Source of the DNA: an uncultured Verrucomicrobiota bacterium
GTDB lineage: Bacteria > Verrucomicrobiota > Kiritimatiellia > CAIKKV01 > CAITUY01
DNA: 64,000 nucleotides
Reading direction: 5' to 3'
Assembly: GCA_964611575.1 (NCBI GenBank)
Contig: CAZTAJ010000002.1
Coordinates: 22,582-86,581, forward strand
Numbering within the stretch: position 1 is the stretch's first letter; each line of letters opens with the position of its first letter. Below, in pieces: positions 37,542-46,649 of this stretch. The translations under genes were made by a program, and so were the position numbers. The notes under the pieces were generated by a model. The model had not been told where the DNA came from. It did not search any database and saw only the letters and a program-made list of their open reading frames with translations.

Positions 37542-37859
37542 TCGGCTTTACAAATGGAGCACATTACAGCTAATGACCAATGAATAAAGGTTTTACTATC
37601 TTTGTTCGCCCAGAAGTTTGATGCTTGTTTGACGACCGCGCCGTTTTCGCCGATGATGCTCGCGTGTGATTGAGTGAGCGGTTTCGGCGTTGCTGACATG
37701 GGTCGGCTCCTATTTCTTACTCATACCTAGCACCCGCACGGAACCCACGTCAATAGAAACCGTTCGGCCCGTAAACCGGCCCGTAAACCGCTCATTGGGA
37801 GGGTCTGTCATGCCTCTCGAACCAAGGCACATGAGGCCGTACGCCGGCGCAGCCATCGC

Positions 37860-40800
37860 TCAGAGTGTTATCGGCAGACTGTCTCTGGCGCATTCAGCCT
37901 GCACAGCGCCCGGCAGGCGGAGAACCGTAGCGAAGTTATAGCCGACATCGCTGCTGGCGAGGGCGAGAATGATGTCCGGCGGTTTGGCCAGAGTTCGGAC
38001 GTCGAGTTCGCTGATCCCGGTCTTCTGAGGCCAGAGTTCGGTCTTTCCGTCTTTGAGAGCCTCCAGGGCCGCCACCAGACTCACAAGGATGGAGGCGGAT
38101 GCAATGTGGCCGGTGTTGAACGTCGTGGTGACCAGGGGCACTTCAGCGGATCGCTCGCCGAGGAGTTCGTCGACGATATCCGTGACTTTCAGGTCCACAC
38201 AGTTTCCCATGGGAGCCCAGACAATCAGTCCGATGTCTGCAGTCACGATGCCGGCGCGATCCATTGCCGATTTCACGGCGTGGCGCAGCCCATCACGGCC
38301 GAGGTTCTGGCCGGAAAACTGCTCTGCGTCCATGCTCATGCCGTAGCTCAGAATCTCCGCCAAGACGTTTGCGCCACGCTCTTTTGCGGACCCCAGAGGT
38401 TCAAGCACCAGCATCGCGGCGCCTTCTCCGAGCACTCGCTCTTGGCAGCGGTCGACTCGCAGCCGGTAATCAGCCTCTTCCTCCCCGCGGTAGAGGTAGC
38501 CGAACCGGTCGTAGTTCGCATAGGTCTGACCGTACACTTCGTCCGAAGCCCCCGCGAGAATGGCCTTGGCGCGGCCGTCTGAGATCATCTCACAAGCGTA
38601 GGCCAGACTCTGCAAGCCCGCGTGTGGACCGGGACTGAGCGACATGTTGACGCCCTTGAGGCACAGTCGCGCCGATACGTAACCGGCTGTGGAATTGGCG
38701 GTCACGGACGAAAATCCGGTGATGTCGGCCACGTGGTTGTCGCTGGTGAAAACACTGTCCATGTGCGCCATTTCTGACGCTCCGCAGCAGACGCCCATAA
38801 CAACGCCTACGTCGTCTGCGTTTTTCGGGCTGACCTTCAGGCTGGCATCTCGGAGAGCGAAACTGGATGCGGCAACGGCCAGCCTGCCGATGTCGGTCAA
38901 TCCCGAAAAGTCCAGCCGACGGTCGACTGCTGACGCTGCAAAGGCCTCGACGAGGCCCGCCAGGCGGGACTGCACATTGTCAAGCGCGAGCCTGTCGATG
39001 GGGCGCAGGCCCACCTTGCCGGCGCGCAGGGCCTGCAACGTTGTTTGTGAGGTAAGTCCCAGCGAGGTGACCAGGCCGGTGCCGGTAATGACAACGCGCT
39101 CCTCGCGGCGCGCGAGTGGCCGGATAGGAGCATCGCGGCCGGCGATGACCACCGCAGCGTTGTTGCCGCCAAAGGCGTAGTTCGCGGAAAGGAAGGCATG
39201 GTAGTTCTTGCTCCGCGCCTGGTTGGGAACATGGTCGAGGGGGCAGCCGGGGCGTGGGGAGGAGAAATTGATGGTCGGCGGGATGAATCCCTCGTTCATG
39301 GCGAACACATTGCACGTTGCTTCCAGGATTCCCGTCGCTCCCATGCAGTGCCCGAAGAACGACTTAAGCGAGACGGTCGGCAGGGGGGTATCCCCGAGAA
39401 ACCCTGCGATGCCTTTCGATTCCGCAACATCGTTGGCGGCGGTCCCTGTGCCGTGGGCGTTGATGCAGCCGAGGTCCCCTAACTCGAACCCGGAATCTCG
39501 GAGCGCATTGTGCAGGGTTCTCGACACGCCGCTCCCGCGGGGGTCGGGCGAGGTCGGATGGTAGGCGTCGGACGTCGTGGAGTTCCCTGCGATTCTTGCC
39601 GTCCAACGACCGTGTCGCAGCAGCACATGTTCCATGCTCTCCACAACCCAGAAACCGGCTCCTTCGCCGATGTTCAACCCTATGGGAAGTGAGAAGGGCG
39701 CCGTGCGCTCACTGGACATCGCTTTCAATGCGTCAAACCCGGACATATTGGCCAGGCAAAGAGCATCGGAGCCTCCGACAATCACCGTGCTGCAGCGGCC
39801 ACGGGCAATCAAATTTTGGGCCAGACCGAGCGCCCCGGTGGTTGAGGAGCAGGCTGTGGTGACGATCCATGTTTCGCCGCCCACGCCCAGCGCTCTGGCC
39901 ATGGCCTTCCCGAAACCGTAGAGTTCGGCCTGTGTGTTCAGTTTTTCGTCGGCGACCCTGGCGCTCTTTCCGTGTTTCCAGGCGTATTCCTGTTCGGCTG
40001 AGAGCAGGCCTCCGTTGCAGGTTCCGAGGACAAGGGCCACGTCACGCCGAACGGCGCCACCGGGCCAGTCAAGGCCCGAGTCCTTGATAGCCATTCTGGC
40101 TGCAGCGATCGCATAGAGAAGGTAGCGGTCATCGTACTCGGCGATTTCCGCATCGGTCAGCCATTCAAGCGGCTCGAAATCGTCGATTTGCCCGCCCAGT
40201 GACGAGCGAAAATGCGAGGTGTCAAAGCGGGTGATCGTGCGGATTCCGTGCCGGCCGTCTCTGAGCGCCTTGGTGACCGTGTCCCGGTCGTTTCCGATAG
40301 GACTGAGAATGCCGATTCCCGTGACGACCGCATGGCTATTGACGCCCTGTTTCTGTAAAGGCTTGCCTAGGATCTGGGCATTGTTCTCCCATGTTGCCGG
40401 CTCAAGGCTGGCAACGTGTTGGTCCTTCTTTAGCGCAAAGAAACCATTCCACACCTTCAGGAACTGCTCGTTGAGCTCATCAGGGGTCATGGTCTGAGGC
40501 CGGAAAACTACGTGTGCGCCATTGTAATGACTCCAATCCCGGTCGATGATCCGGTTCTGCCTCTCCATGCGTTCCCATAAAGGAGCCCCCGGGTATGGCG
40601 TGAAAATGAAGAACTCCGACGTGTGGATGTTGGCCTCGACGAAGAGCGAGAGGATGCGGTCGGCGATGCTGGTATCGTCCCAATCTCTACCCATTGCACA
40701 GGATCCGAAGAAACGGATATCCCGGTCCTCCAGTTTCTTGACGAGATCGATGAGAACCTGGCGAGCATTCTTGTCGCCCTGTAAGGCCCTGATGGAGATC

Positions 40801-41657
40801 GGGTCGACATTCATGGTGCAGTAGAAGTTCCGCACGCCGGCTTCTGCAATCAGGTCCAGGAACGAGGCATCGATGTTCAATGCCAGCGTCGAGGAAACAA
40901 AGTACTTCTTGTTGAGAGGCTTCAGTGCCGTGAAGAGTTCTCTGGCGTAGTCCTTGACCTGGCGCTGCGTGAAGAACAAGGAATCATCGGCCAGATAGAC
41001 GTTTTCATACTTGAGGGTCTTGATTTCCCGTACAACGTGCTCGACGGGACGGAAGCGCATGCGGTTGCCCATGTGCGCCGGGATCGCGCACATGGCGCAG
41101 GCGTACGAGCAGCCACGGGAGACCTGCACCAGGTCCTCATCCCAGTCGTAGGAGTCCTTGCTGTAGAAGATCTCACGTTTGGGGATGGGAAGCTTCGCAA
41201 GATCGAACCGGCATCCGCCGATGTACTTGCGTTTGAGCTGCCCCTGCCGGGCGTCCGCTAGAATGGTTTCCCATACGGGCTCGACTTCTCCCACGTTGAC
41301 GGCGTCGGCATGCTTCAAACACTCGTCAGGCATTGTGGACGGAAAGAACCCGCCCATAATGACCTGTTTGCCGTGCCGGCGAAAGCCGTCCGCGATCTCA
41401 AAGGCCCGAGTTGCCTGCGGAGTGAAACAGTTGATGGCCACCAGGTCGGTGTCGGCGGCGTAGTCAATGGCGTCGCCCCCGTTGTCGTCAATCAGTTCGA
41501 CATCGATCGACTCCGGCGTCAGGGCTGCCATGATCGGAATGCCAAGAGACGGCGGCGTCGTGAAATTGCCGAGAAAATAGCTGACCAGATCGCTATCCAG
41601 ATCCTTGCGAGATTCCAGAAACTTGGTGAATCGAGGATAGACGAAAGAAACCTTCAT
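37860..41657 (-). CDS. Tri-domain fusion: B12-binding radical SAM domain + beta-ketoacyl synthase (KS) + KS-like/chain-length-factor domain
   Basis: 1265 aa. The N-terminal 430 aa form a B12-binding domain plus a radical SAM domain (CSYACAMC = CxxxCxxC). The middle is a full KS (TTACSST active-site Cys, NAHGTGT, GHCMGATG). The C-terminal domain is a KS-fold without the canonical Cys-His-His triad, so it is CLF-like. Confidence 0.8.
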   Translation of the reverse strand: MKVSFVYPRFTKFLESRKDLDSDLVSYFLGNFTTPPSLGIPIMAALTPESIDVELIDDNGGDAIDYAADTDLVAINCFTPQATRAFEIADGFRRHGKQVIMGGFFPSTMPDECLKHADAVNVGEVEPVWETILADARQGQLKRKYIGGCRFDLAKLPIPKREIFYSKDSYDWDEDLVQVSRGCSYACAMCAIPAHMGNRMRFRPVEHVVREIKTLKYENVYLADDSLFFTQRQVKDYARELFTALKPLNKKYFVSSTLALNIDASFLDLIAEAGVRNFYCTMNVDPISIRALQGDKNARQVLIDLVKKLEDRDIRFFGSCAMGRDWDDTSIADRILSLFVEANIHTSEFFIFTPYPGAPLWERMERQNRIIDRDWSHYNGAHVVFRPQTMTPDELNEQFLKVWNGFFALKKDQHVASLEPATWENNAQILGKPLQKQGVNSHAVVTGIGILSPIGNDRDTVTKALRDGRHGIRTITRFDTSHFRSSLGGQIDDFEPLEWLTDAEIAEYDDRYLLYAIAAARMAIKDSGLDWPGGAVRRDVALVLGTCNGGLLSAEQEYAWKHGKSARVADEKLNTQAELYGFGKAMARALGVGGETWIVTTACSSTTGALGLAQNLIARGRCSTVIVGGSDALCLANMSGFDALKAMSSERTAPFSLPIGLNIGEGAGFWVVESMEHVLLRHGRWTARIAGNSTTSDAYHPTSPDPRGSGVSRTLHNALRDSGFELGDLGCINAHGTGTAANDVAESKGIAGFLGDTPLPTVSLKSFFGHCMGATGILEATCNVFAMNEGFIPPTINFSSPRPGCPLDHVPNQARSKNYHAFLSANYAFGGNNAAVVIAGRDAPIRPLARREERVVITGTGLVTSLGLTSQTTLQALRAGKVGLRPIDRLALDNVQSRLAGLVEAFAASAVDRRLDFSGLTDIGRLAVAASSFALRDASLKVSPKNADDVGVVMGVCCGASEMAHMDSVFTSDNHVADITGFSSVTANSTAGYVSARLCLKGVNMSLSPGPHAGLQSLAYACEMISDGRAKAILAGASDEVYGQTYANYDRFGYLYRGEEEADYRLRVDRCQERVLGEGAAMLVLEPLGSAKERGANVLAEILSYGMSMDAEQFSGQNLGRDGLRHAVKSAMDRAGIVTADIGLIVWAPMGNCVDLKVTDIVDELLGERSAEVPLVTTTFNTGHIASASILVSLVAALEALKDGKTELWPQKTGISELDVRTLAKPPDIILALASSDVGYNFATVLRLPGAVQAECARDSLPITL

Positions 41658-41725
41658 TGCGGCAAACGAGTATCACAAGACCCCTGGGTAGTCAATTGGG
41701 GGGAGCGGGTCAACTCCCCCTTCAC

Positions 41726-43171
41726 CTAATCCTTGGTCATTTTTCTGCCTGCCATGGCAAATCGAACGAAGTTGGCGAGATTCAGCACGAATCGCCGCCA
41801 ACTATCCGGTGAGCTCCAGAGCATGGCGAGATACCCTAGCCACACCTTGGGCCGCCGGTAATGCATCTGATAGAATCGGCCGTACAGTTGCTCGATGCGA
41901 GCCTTGGTGAACCCGGTGGGCACAAAAACGAAATGCATGCAATCCATCTGGGCCGGATCTTCATCGAAGGTCCCGAATTCCCCGATGTTCTCGTGGATTG
42001 GCGAGCCGGGAAACGGCGTGAACTTTGTCAGATTGAAGTCGTCGACCGGAAGCGAGAAAACGTACTTCATGCTGCGCTCGATGCTCTCCTCCGTTTCACC
42101 GGGTAACCCCATCATCAGCAAGCCCTTGGTCCTGATTCCCGCCTTCTTGATGTCGCGAATCCTCTGGGCCAGCAACTCAAGATCTGCGTTCTGGCGATGT
42201 TGCGACAGAAGATCAGGGTCGCCGGTTTCAATGCCCAGGCTGATCATCCAACACCCCGCCGCCTTCATTTGGCGCAACAGGTCCGGGTCAACGTGTTCGG
42301 CCCGCACGGCGCAATTGAACGTCATGCCCAGCGGTTTGTTGAGCAACAGGCTGCAGAAATCCCGGACTCTCTGCCGATGGAAGGTGAACTGGTCGTCGTA
42401 GAAGTTGACGTGGCGAATGTGCCATCGCTCCTTGAGGTAAAGCAGGTGTTCGTACAGGTACTCCGCCGAGTTAAAACGGAAGCTCTTTCGGAAGACGGAC
42501 CGGTCGCAGTAGCTGCACTCGTAAGGGCAGCCTCGACTTGAAATGCAGCTCGCGTTCGGAGCGCGCGGATAGTTAAAAATAGGCAGTTTGTAAACGTCGG
42601 GATACCCCGCCAGCTTCTCGTAGGCCGGAAAGGGAAGGCTGTCCAGATCGACTCCGTGCTGCCTGAATCCGGAGAAAGCGACCGTGTGCCCGTCGCGGTA
42701 GGTCAAGCCGGGTATGAGCCCGGGATTCGAATGACCGCTGCGCATTAACGCTTCGAGCGTTTCTTCTCCCTCGCCGACGACGGTGTAGTCGACCTCAGGG
42801 TTCTCCTCCAGGATTCGTTCGCGCAACGCCGACACATGCGGCCCGCCGAGAACCCCCTTGATTCCTGGCATCTCAACCTTGGCCAGCTTGATGATCTGCG
42901 TTGCATCGTGGAACCCGAACGTCGTGCAACCGACGCCGATGAATCCCGGTCGCCGGTCGCGTAGCAGTTCACGGATGAGCCCGCCCGAATCGGGCCACGC
43001 CACGCAATCGACGATATCCGCACGCAGCCCTTTTGATTCCAGGTAGGCGGCGATGCTGGCCATGCCCAGCGGGGGCATCAGGTTGGCGATGCGCGTGATG
43101 TCGCCACGTGCCTCTTCCGGACGATAGCCCAACGGATGAACCAGCAGAATGCGATTCTGATCAAGCGGCAT
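41726..43171 (-). CDS. B12-binding radical SAM protein (class B rSAM)
   Basis: 481 aa with an N-terminal cobalamin-binding Rossmann domain (GFIGVGCTTFGFHDATQIIKLAK) and a CPYECSYC radical SAM cluster motif. Confidence 0.85.
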   Translation of the reverse strand: MPLDQNRILLVHPLGYRPEEARGDITRIANLMPPLGMASIAAYLESKGLRADIVDCVAWPDSGGLIRELLRDRRPGFIGVGCTTFGFHDATQIIKLAKVEMPGIKGVLGGPHVSALRERILEENPEVDYTVVGEGEETLEALMRSGHSNPGLIPGLTYRDGHTVAFSGFRQHGVDLDSLPFPAYEKLAGYPDVYKLPIFNYPRAPNASCISSRGCPYECSYCDRSVFRKSFRFNSAEYLYEHLLYLKERWHIRHVNFYDDQFTFHRQRVRDFCSLLLNKPLGMTFNCAVRAEHVDPDLLRQMKAAGCWMISLGIETGDPDLLSQHRQNADLELLAQRIRDIKKAGIRTKGLLMMGLPGETEESIERSMKYVFSLPVDDFNLTKFTPFPGSPIHENIGEFGTFDEDPAQMDCMHFVFVPTGFTKARIEQLYGRFYQMHYRRPKVWLGYLAMLWSSPDSWRRFVLNLANFVRFAMAGRKMTKD

Positions 43172-43431
43172 GCGCCACTATAACACGATCCGAAGGGTGA
43201 CAGTCAACGCTGTGGAGCTATCGCGTTTGGCCTTTCCTCGGATGCCGGGAACGACTCCCTGCTTGCGCCCATCCCCGAGCTTTCGTAGCATTCCGATACG
43301 AAAGCATTCCTTACAGTCGTCCTCACGGGACGTGTGCCCCAACCGCAGGGAAGGCGAATCCTTATCTATTAGGGCTTTGCCTCGACGCAGATTTACCCAG
43401 AGGCGTTTGCCGCGACCGGGCATGAGGAACG

Positions 43432-44607
43432 ATGAAACCGCACAACGTCCAGTTCGACAATCTGATCGCACCCGGGCCTCCCCTGAAGAATGTGGTCGGC
43501 ACATATCCCGGCATTGGCGTCATGTCGGAACTGGTCGACGGTGTGGATGAGGTGGTGGATTTCAAGGGACGTCTCATCCGGCCGAACCCTAACCGCATGT
43601 CGACGCTGGATCTGGGGACCCAGTTCGCCCCCGAAGGGGCGTGTCTCCCGTTCAAGCTGATCATGGGTAACGTGATGGAGTCCCTCAATCGGGGCGCCAA
43701 CACGGTGGGAATGATTACAGAAAATGGGCCTTGCCGGTTGGGGTTCTACAGCCTCGGGATGCGATTGATCTTCAGTGACTTGGGTTTGGGGAACGGGTGG
43801 CTGGAATTCGACAATGCCAGTGTGAGCCGGGGTTACATCAAGTATTTCAGAGAGGCGTACCGGGAGACGCATGGAAAGGAACTCAGCGTCTGGAAGGTTG
43901 GCCAGGGCTTCTGGGTTGGCTTCAGCCGCATTACCGCCGTGGAGAAGCTCCAGGAAGAACGAAATCGCCTGTTAGCCTACGAGAGGGACGCGGGCAGTAT
44001 CAAGGCAGCCTACGACGAAGGGCTTGCGCTGATTCGCGCGGTGCAATCCCCGCTTGCCATGAGGGGGGCCGTCCGGAAGGCGATGCAGAAACTGCACGCC
44101 GTGCCGATCGACCGGTCGCGGGATACGGTCCGTGTGGCTATCACCGGCGAGGTTTACTGCGTGGTGGATCCCTTCGCCAACTCGGACGTGGAGATGCGAT
44201 TGGCGCGCTTGGGGGCGGAGCCGTTGCGCGTCATCTGGCAGGTGAACTATCTTCGCCACAAACTGCACTTGGACCATTTCAGGAAGATCAGCCACGGCCG
44301 GGCGGTGCGCGCGGCCAGGAAATACGTGGGGGAAGACATCGGCGGCGACTGCAACTCCAACATCGGCCATGCGGTTCTGGCTCACCAACGGGGAGATGAT
44401 GGCATGGTCCACGTGAAGCCATTTGGCTGCATGCTGGAGTTCGTGTCCGAGAATTTGCTGCAGAAGGTTGAGGAGGATCTGGACTTCCCCATTCTCAGTC
44501 TCACGCTTGACGATCTGTCGGGTGAGGAGCGGATCAATGTCCGGCTTCAGGCCTTTGTGGACAACCTGTTCCGCCGGAAACACAATCGCATGAAGGGGGG
44601 GCGGTAA
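43432..44607 (+). CDS. 2-hydroxyacyl-CoA dehydratase-like / acyl-CoA dehydratase activase-related protein (DUF2229/HGD-D family)
   Basis: 391 aa resembling the partner subunits of BadF/BcrA-type activases. No cysteine-cluster motif typical of HgdAB was confirmed. Confidence 0.6.
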   Translation: MKPHNVQFDNLIAPGPPLKNVVGTYPGIGVMSELVDGVDEVVDFKGRLIRPNPNRMSTLDLGTQFAPEGACLPFKLIMGNVMESLNRGANTVGMITENGPCRLGFYSLGMRLIFSDLGLGNGWLEFDNASVSRGYIKYFREAYRETHGKELSVWKVGQGFWVGFSRITAVEKLQEERNRLLAYERDAGSIKAAYDEGLALIRAVQSPLAMRGAVRKAMQKLHAVPIDRSRDTVRVAITGEVYCVVDPFANSDVEMRLARLGAEPLRVIWQVNYLRHKLHLDHFRKISHGRAVRAARKYVGEDIGGDCNSNIGHAVLAHQRGDDGMVHVKPFGCMLEFVSENLLQKVEEDLDFPILSLTLDDLSGEERINVRLQAFVDNLFRRKHNRMKGGR

Positions 44608-44608
44608 C

Positions 44609-45682
44609 TTGCCACGTCGCCTGGGCATCCTGCGCAGCCTGCTCTATTACCCCTTCTACCCGTTCTGGCACGCGTTCTTCGAGGATCTTGGGTTCTCCAT
44701 CGTCGTGTCCCCACCCCTGTCGAAGGATGATTTTGACCAGCGCCATCGTCATTTCGTAGGCGACATATGTCTCCCGATCGAATCGGCATTTTATCATGTC
44801 GAGGCCATCAAAGACCGTGTGGACATTCTCTTTCTTCCCCGCAACAATCGGATTCACAGAGATACTTATGTATGCCCTGCCTGTGCGGGCTTTCCATACG
44901 TGGTGATGCATAGGGTGCCCCAGTTACCGGATCTGCTGACGATTAACCTGACGCCTTTCCGGCCGCCGGACCGGAGCGACTGTCGGCGTCTCAGGGAGTT
45001 GGGGTGTTCCTCGGGCCAGGTGAAGGCGGCTTATCGAAACGCGCAGCACCGATATCGCGATTTCATCGATTCCTTGTCCGAGCATCCACACCTTGATCAA
45101 GCGATCGACCGATTTGTTGCCGTAGCCTCGGAGTTGCCCGCGCGCCGTCCAACTGCGCCCAGAAACACGGGTGCGCACATTCTCCTGTTGGGCATGCCAT
45201 ACGTGCTGGCTGATCCCTTTGTGAACCAGAGCATCCTGTCAACCCTTGAAAGTTTCGGGTGCCGGGTGTCCACTCCCATGATGCAAGTGCCGGAGTTGGC
45301 ATCGCAGGAGGTTATGATTGAGGGGTACGCCATCTATTGGAGTTTTGCGGGGATGAGTGTCGCCGCACTGGAGAAGTCGCTGCATGCGCGCGACGTGGAT
45401 GCGGTCGTTTACTGTTCATCCTTTGCCTGCGGCGTGGATAGTCTGATCACCCCGATCATTCAGTCCGCCTGTCAACGCTGCTATGACATTCCCCTCTGTA
45501 TTCTCACGATGGATGAGCATTCGGAGGGCTCTTACCTGAATGTTCGAATGGAAGCCTTTCTTGATTGCGTCAACTCCCGGCTTGCCCAACGGACTGACGC
45601 CGCAGAGACTCAGCCCGTACCGCAAGCCTCAGAGGCCAATGCACAGGATGCCCGTCATGATAGATACAACCGAGATGGCTGA
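44609..45682 (+). CDS. Acyl-CoA dehydratase activase-related protein, second DUF2229/HGD-D-like subunit
   Basis: 357 aa. The N-terminus LGILRSLLYYPFYPFWHAFFEDLGFSIVVSP is characteristic of this family. It abuts the previous gene with a 1-bp gap. Confidence 0.6.
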   Translation: MPRRLGILRSLLYYPFYPFWHAFFEDLGFSIVVSPPLSKDDFDQRHRHFVGDICLPIESAFYHVEAIKDRVDILFLPRNNRIHRDTYVCPACAGFPYVVMHRVPQLPDLLTINLTPFRPPDRSDCRRLRELGCSSGQVKAAYRNAQHRYRDFIDSLSEHPHLDQAIDRFVAVASELPARRPTAPRNTGAHILLLGMPYVLADPFVNQSILSTLESFGCRVSTPMMQVPELASQEVMIEGYAIYWSFAGMSVAALEKSLHARDVDAVVYCSSFACGVDSLITPIIQSACQRCYDIPLCILTMDEHSEGSYLNVRMEAFLDCVNSRLAQRTDAAETQPVPQASEANAQDARHDRYNRDG

Positions 45683-46649
45683 TCAGCCGGAATGCAGTCG
45701 CCAGGAATGGAGTCTGGGTGTTGATATTGGCTCCGTCACCATCAAGTTCGTTCTGATGGACGCGGCCGGAGAGGTGCGCTACGACTCGTATGCTCGCACG
45801 GAAGGCTCCCCGGTCCATGCGCTGTCTGTTGGCGCGAGACAGGTGCGGGAGCAACTCCCCAAGGGCACGGAGATCGGTGCCGTGGGCACGACGGGGAGCG
45901 GTCGGTTCCTGGCGGGCGCGTTTCTGGGCGCGGATGTCGTGAAGAACGAGATCACTGCGCATGCCGTGGGCACGCTTCATTGGCGAAACGATATTGCCAC
46001 CATTATCGAGATCGGCGGCCAGGACTCCAAGATTATCCATCTCCGCGATGGGATGGTCCGTGATTTTGCAATGAACACGGTCTGTGCAGCAGGCACAGGC
46101 GCTTTTCTCGACCAGCAGGCCTTTCGGCTCAAGATCCCCATTGACGAGTTTGGCCCCTTCTCTCTTAAGGCGGAGAGACCGTTGAGGATCGCGGGCCGAT
46201 GCTCGGTCTTCGCGGAATCCGACATGATCCACTACCAGCAGACGGGGCATGAGAAGGCCGATATCTGCATGGGGCTTTGCCAGGCACTGGTCCGAAACTA
46301 CCTTAATAACGTTGCGCGGGGGAAGGCCATCCGGGGGCCGGTGTCGTTTCAGGGTGGGGTCGCCTTCAACCCGGCCATCCTCAAGTGCTTCCGGGACGCG
46401 TTGCCTGGGCGGGAGATCGTGACCCCGCCGCATTCGACGGGTTGTGGCGCCATGGGTGCGGCCCTGCTGGCCCGCGAGGCCGTCGGCGATGGCCGAACCG
46501 CATTCCGCGGCTGGCAGGAGGGTGACTTCCGCATTAGCCAGGGAACCTGTCCGCATTGTGGCAACCAATGCAAGATCTGCAGCCTGAACGGTGAGCAAGG
46601 AGCACTTGCCCGGTGGGGCGGCCGCTGCGATCGTGGGAATGCGCTATGA
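45675..46649 (+). CDS. CoA-substrate-specific enzyme activase (BadF/BadG/BcrA/BcrD ATPase family, HgdC-like)
   Basis: It has ASKHA-fold motifs LGVDIGSVTIKFVLMD and IEIGGQDSKII, plus a conserved Cys pair for a bridging [4Fe-4S]. The ORF begins at 45540. The preferred start at 45675 overlaps the upstream stop (ATGGCTGA). Confidence 0.75.
   Translation: MADQPECSRQEWSLGVDIGSVTIKFVLMDAAGEVRYDSYARTEGSPVHALSVGARQVREQLPKGTEIGAVGTTGSGRFLAGAFLGADVVKNEITAHAVGTLHWRNDIATIIEIGGQDSKIIHLRDGMVRDFAMNTVCAAGTGAFLDQQAFRLKIPIDEFGPFSLKAERPLRIAGRCSVFAESDMIHYQQTGHEKADICMGLCQALVRNYLNNVARGKAIRGPVSFQGGVAFNPAILKCFRDALPGREIVTPPHSTGCGAMGAALLAREAVGDGRTAFRGWQEGDFRISQGTCPHCGNQCKICSLNGEQGALARWGGRCDRGNAL

Noticed and set aside
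37502-37585. Complete tRNA gene adjacent to the PilT-like gene
   Set aside because: Only the T-arm, acceptor 3' strand and CCA are present. No complementary 5' acceptor strand (GCGTGCG) or anticodon stem could be found on either strand within 120 bp, so it is reported as a fragment only.
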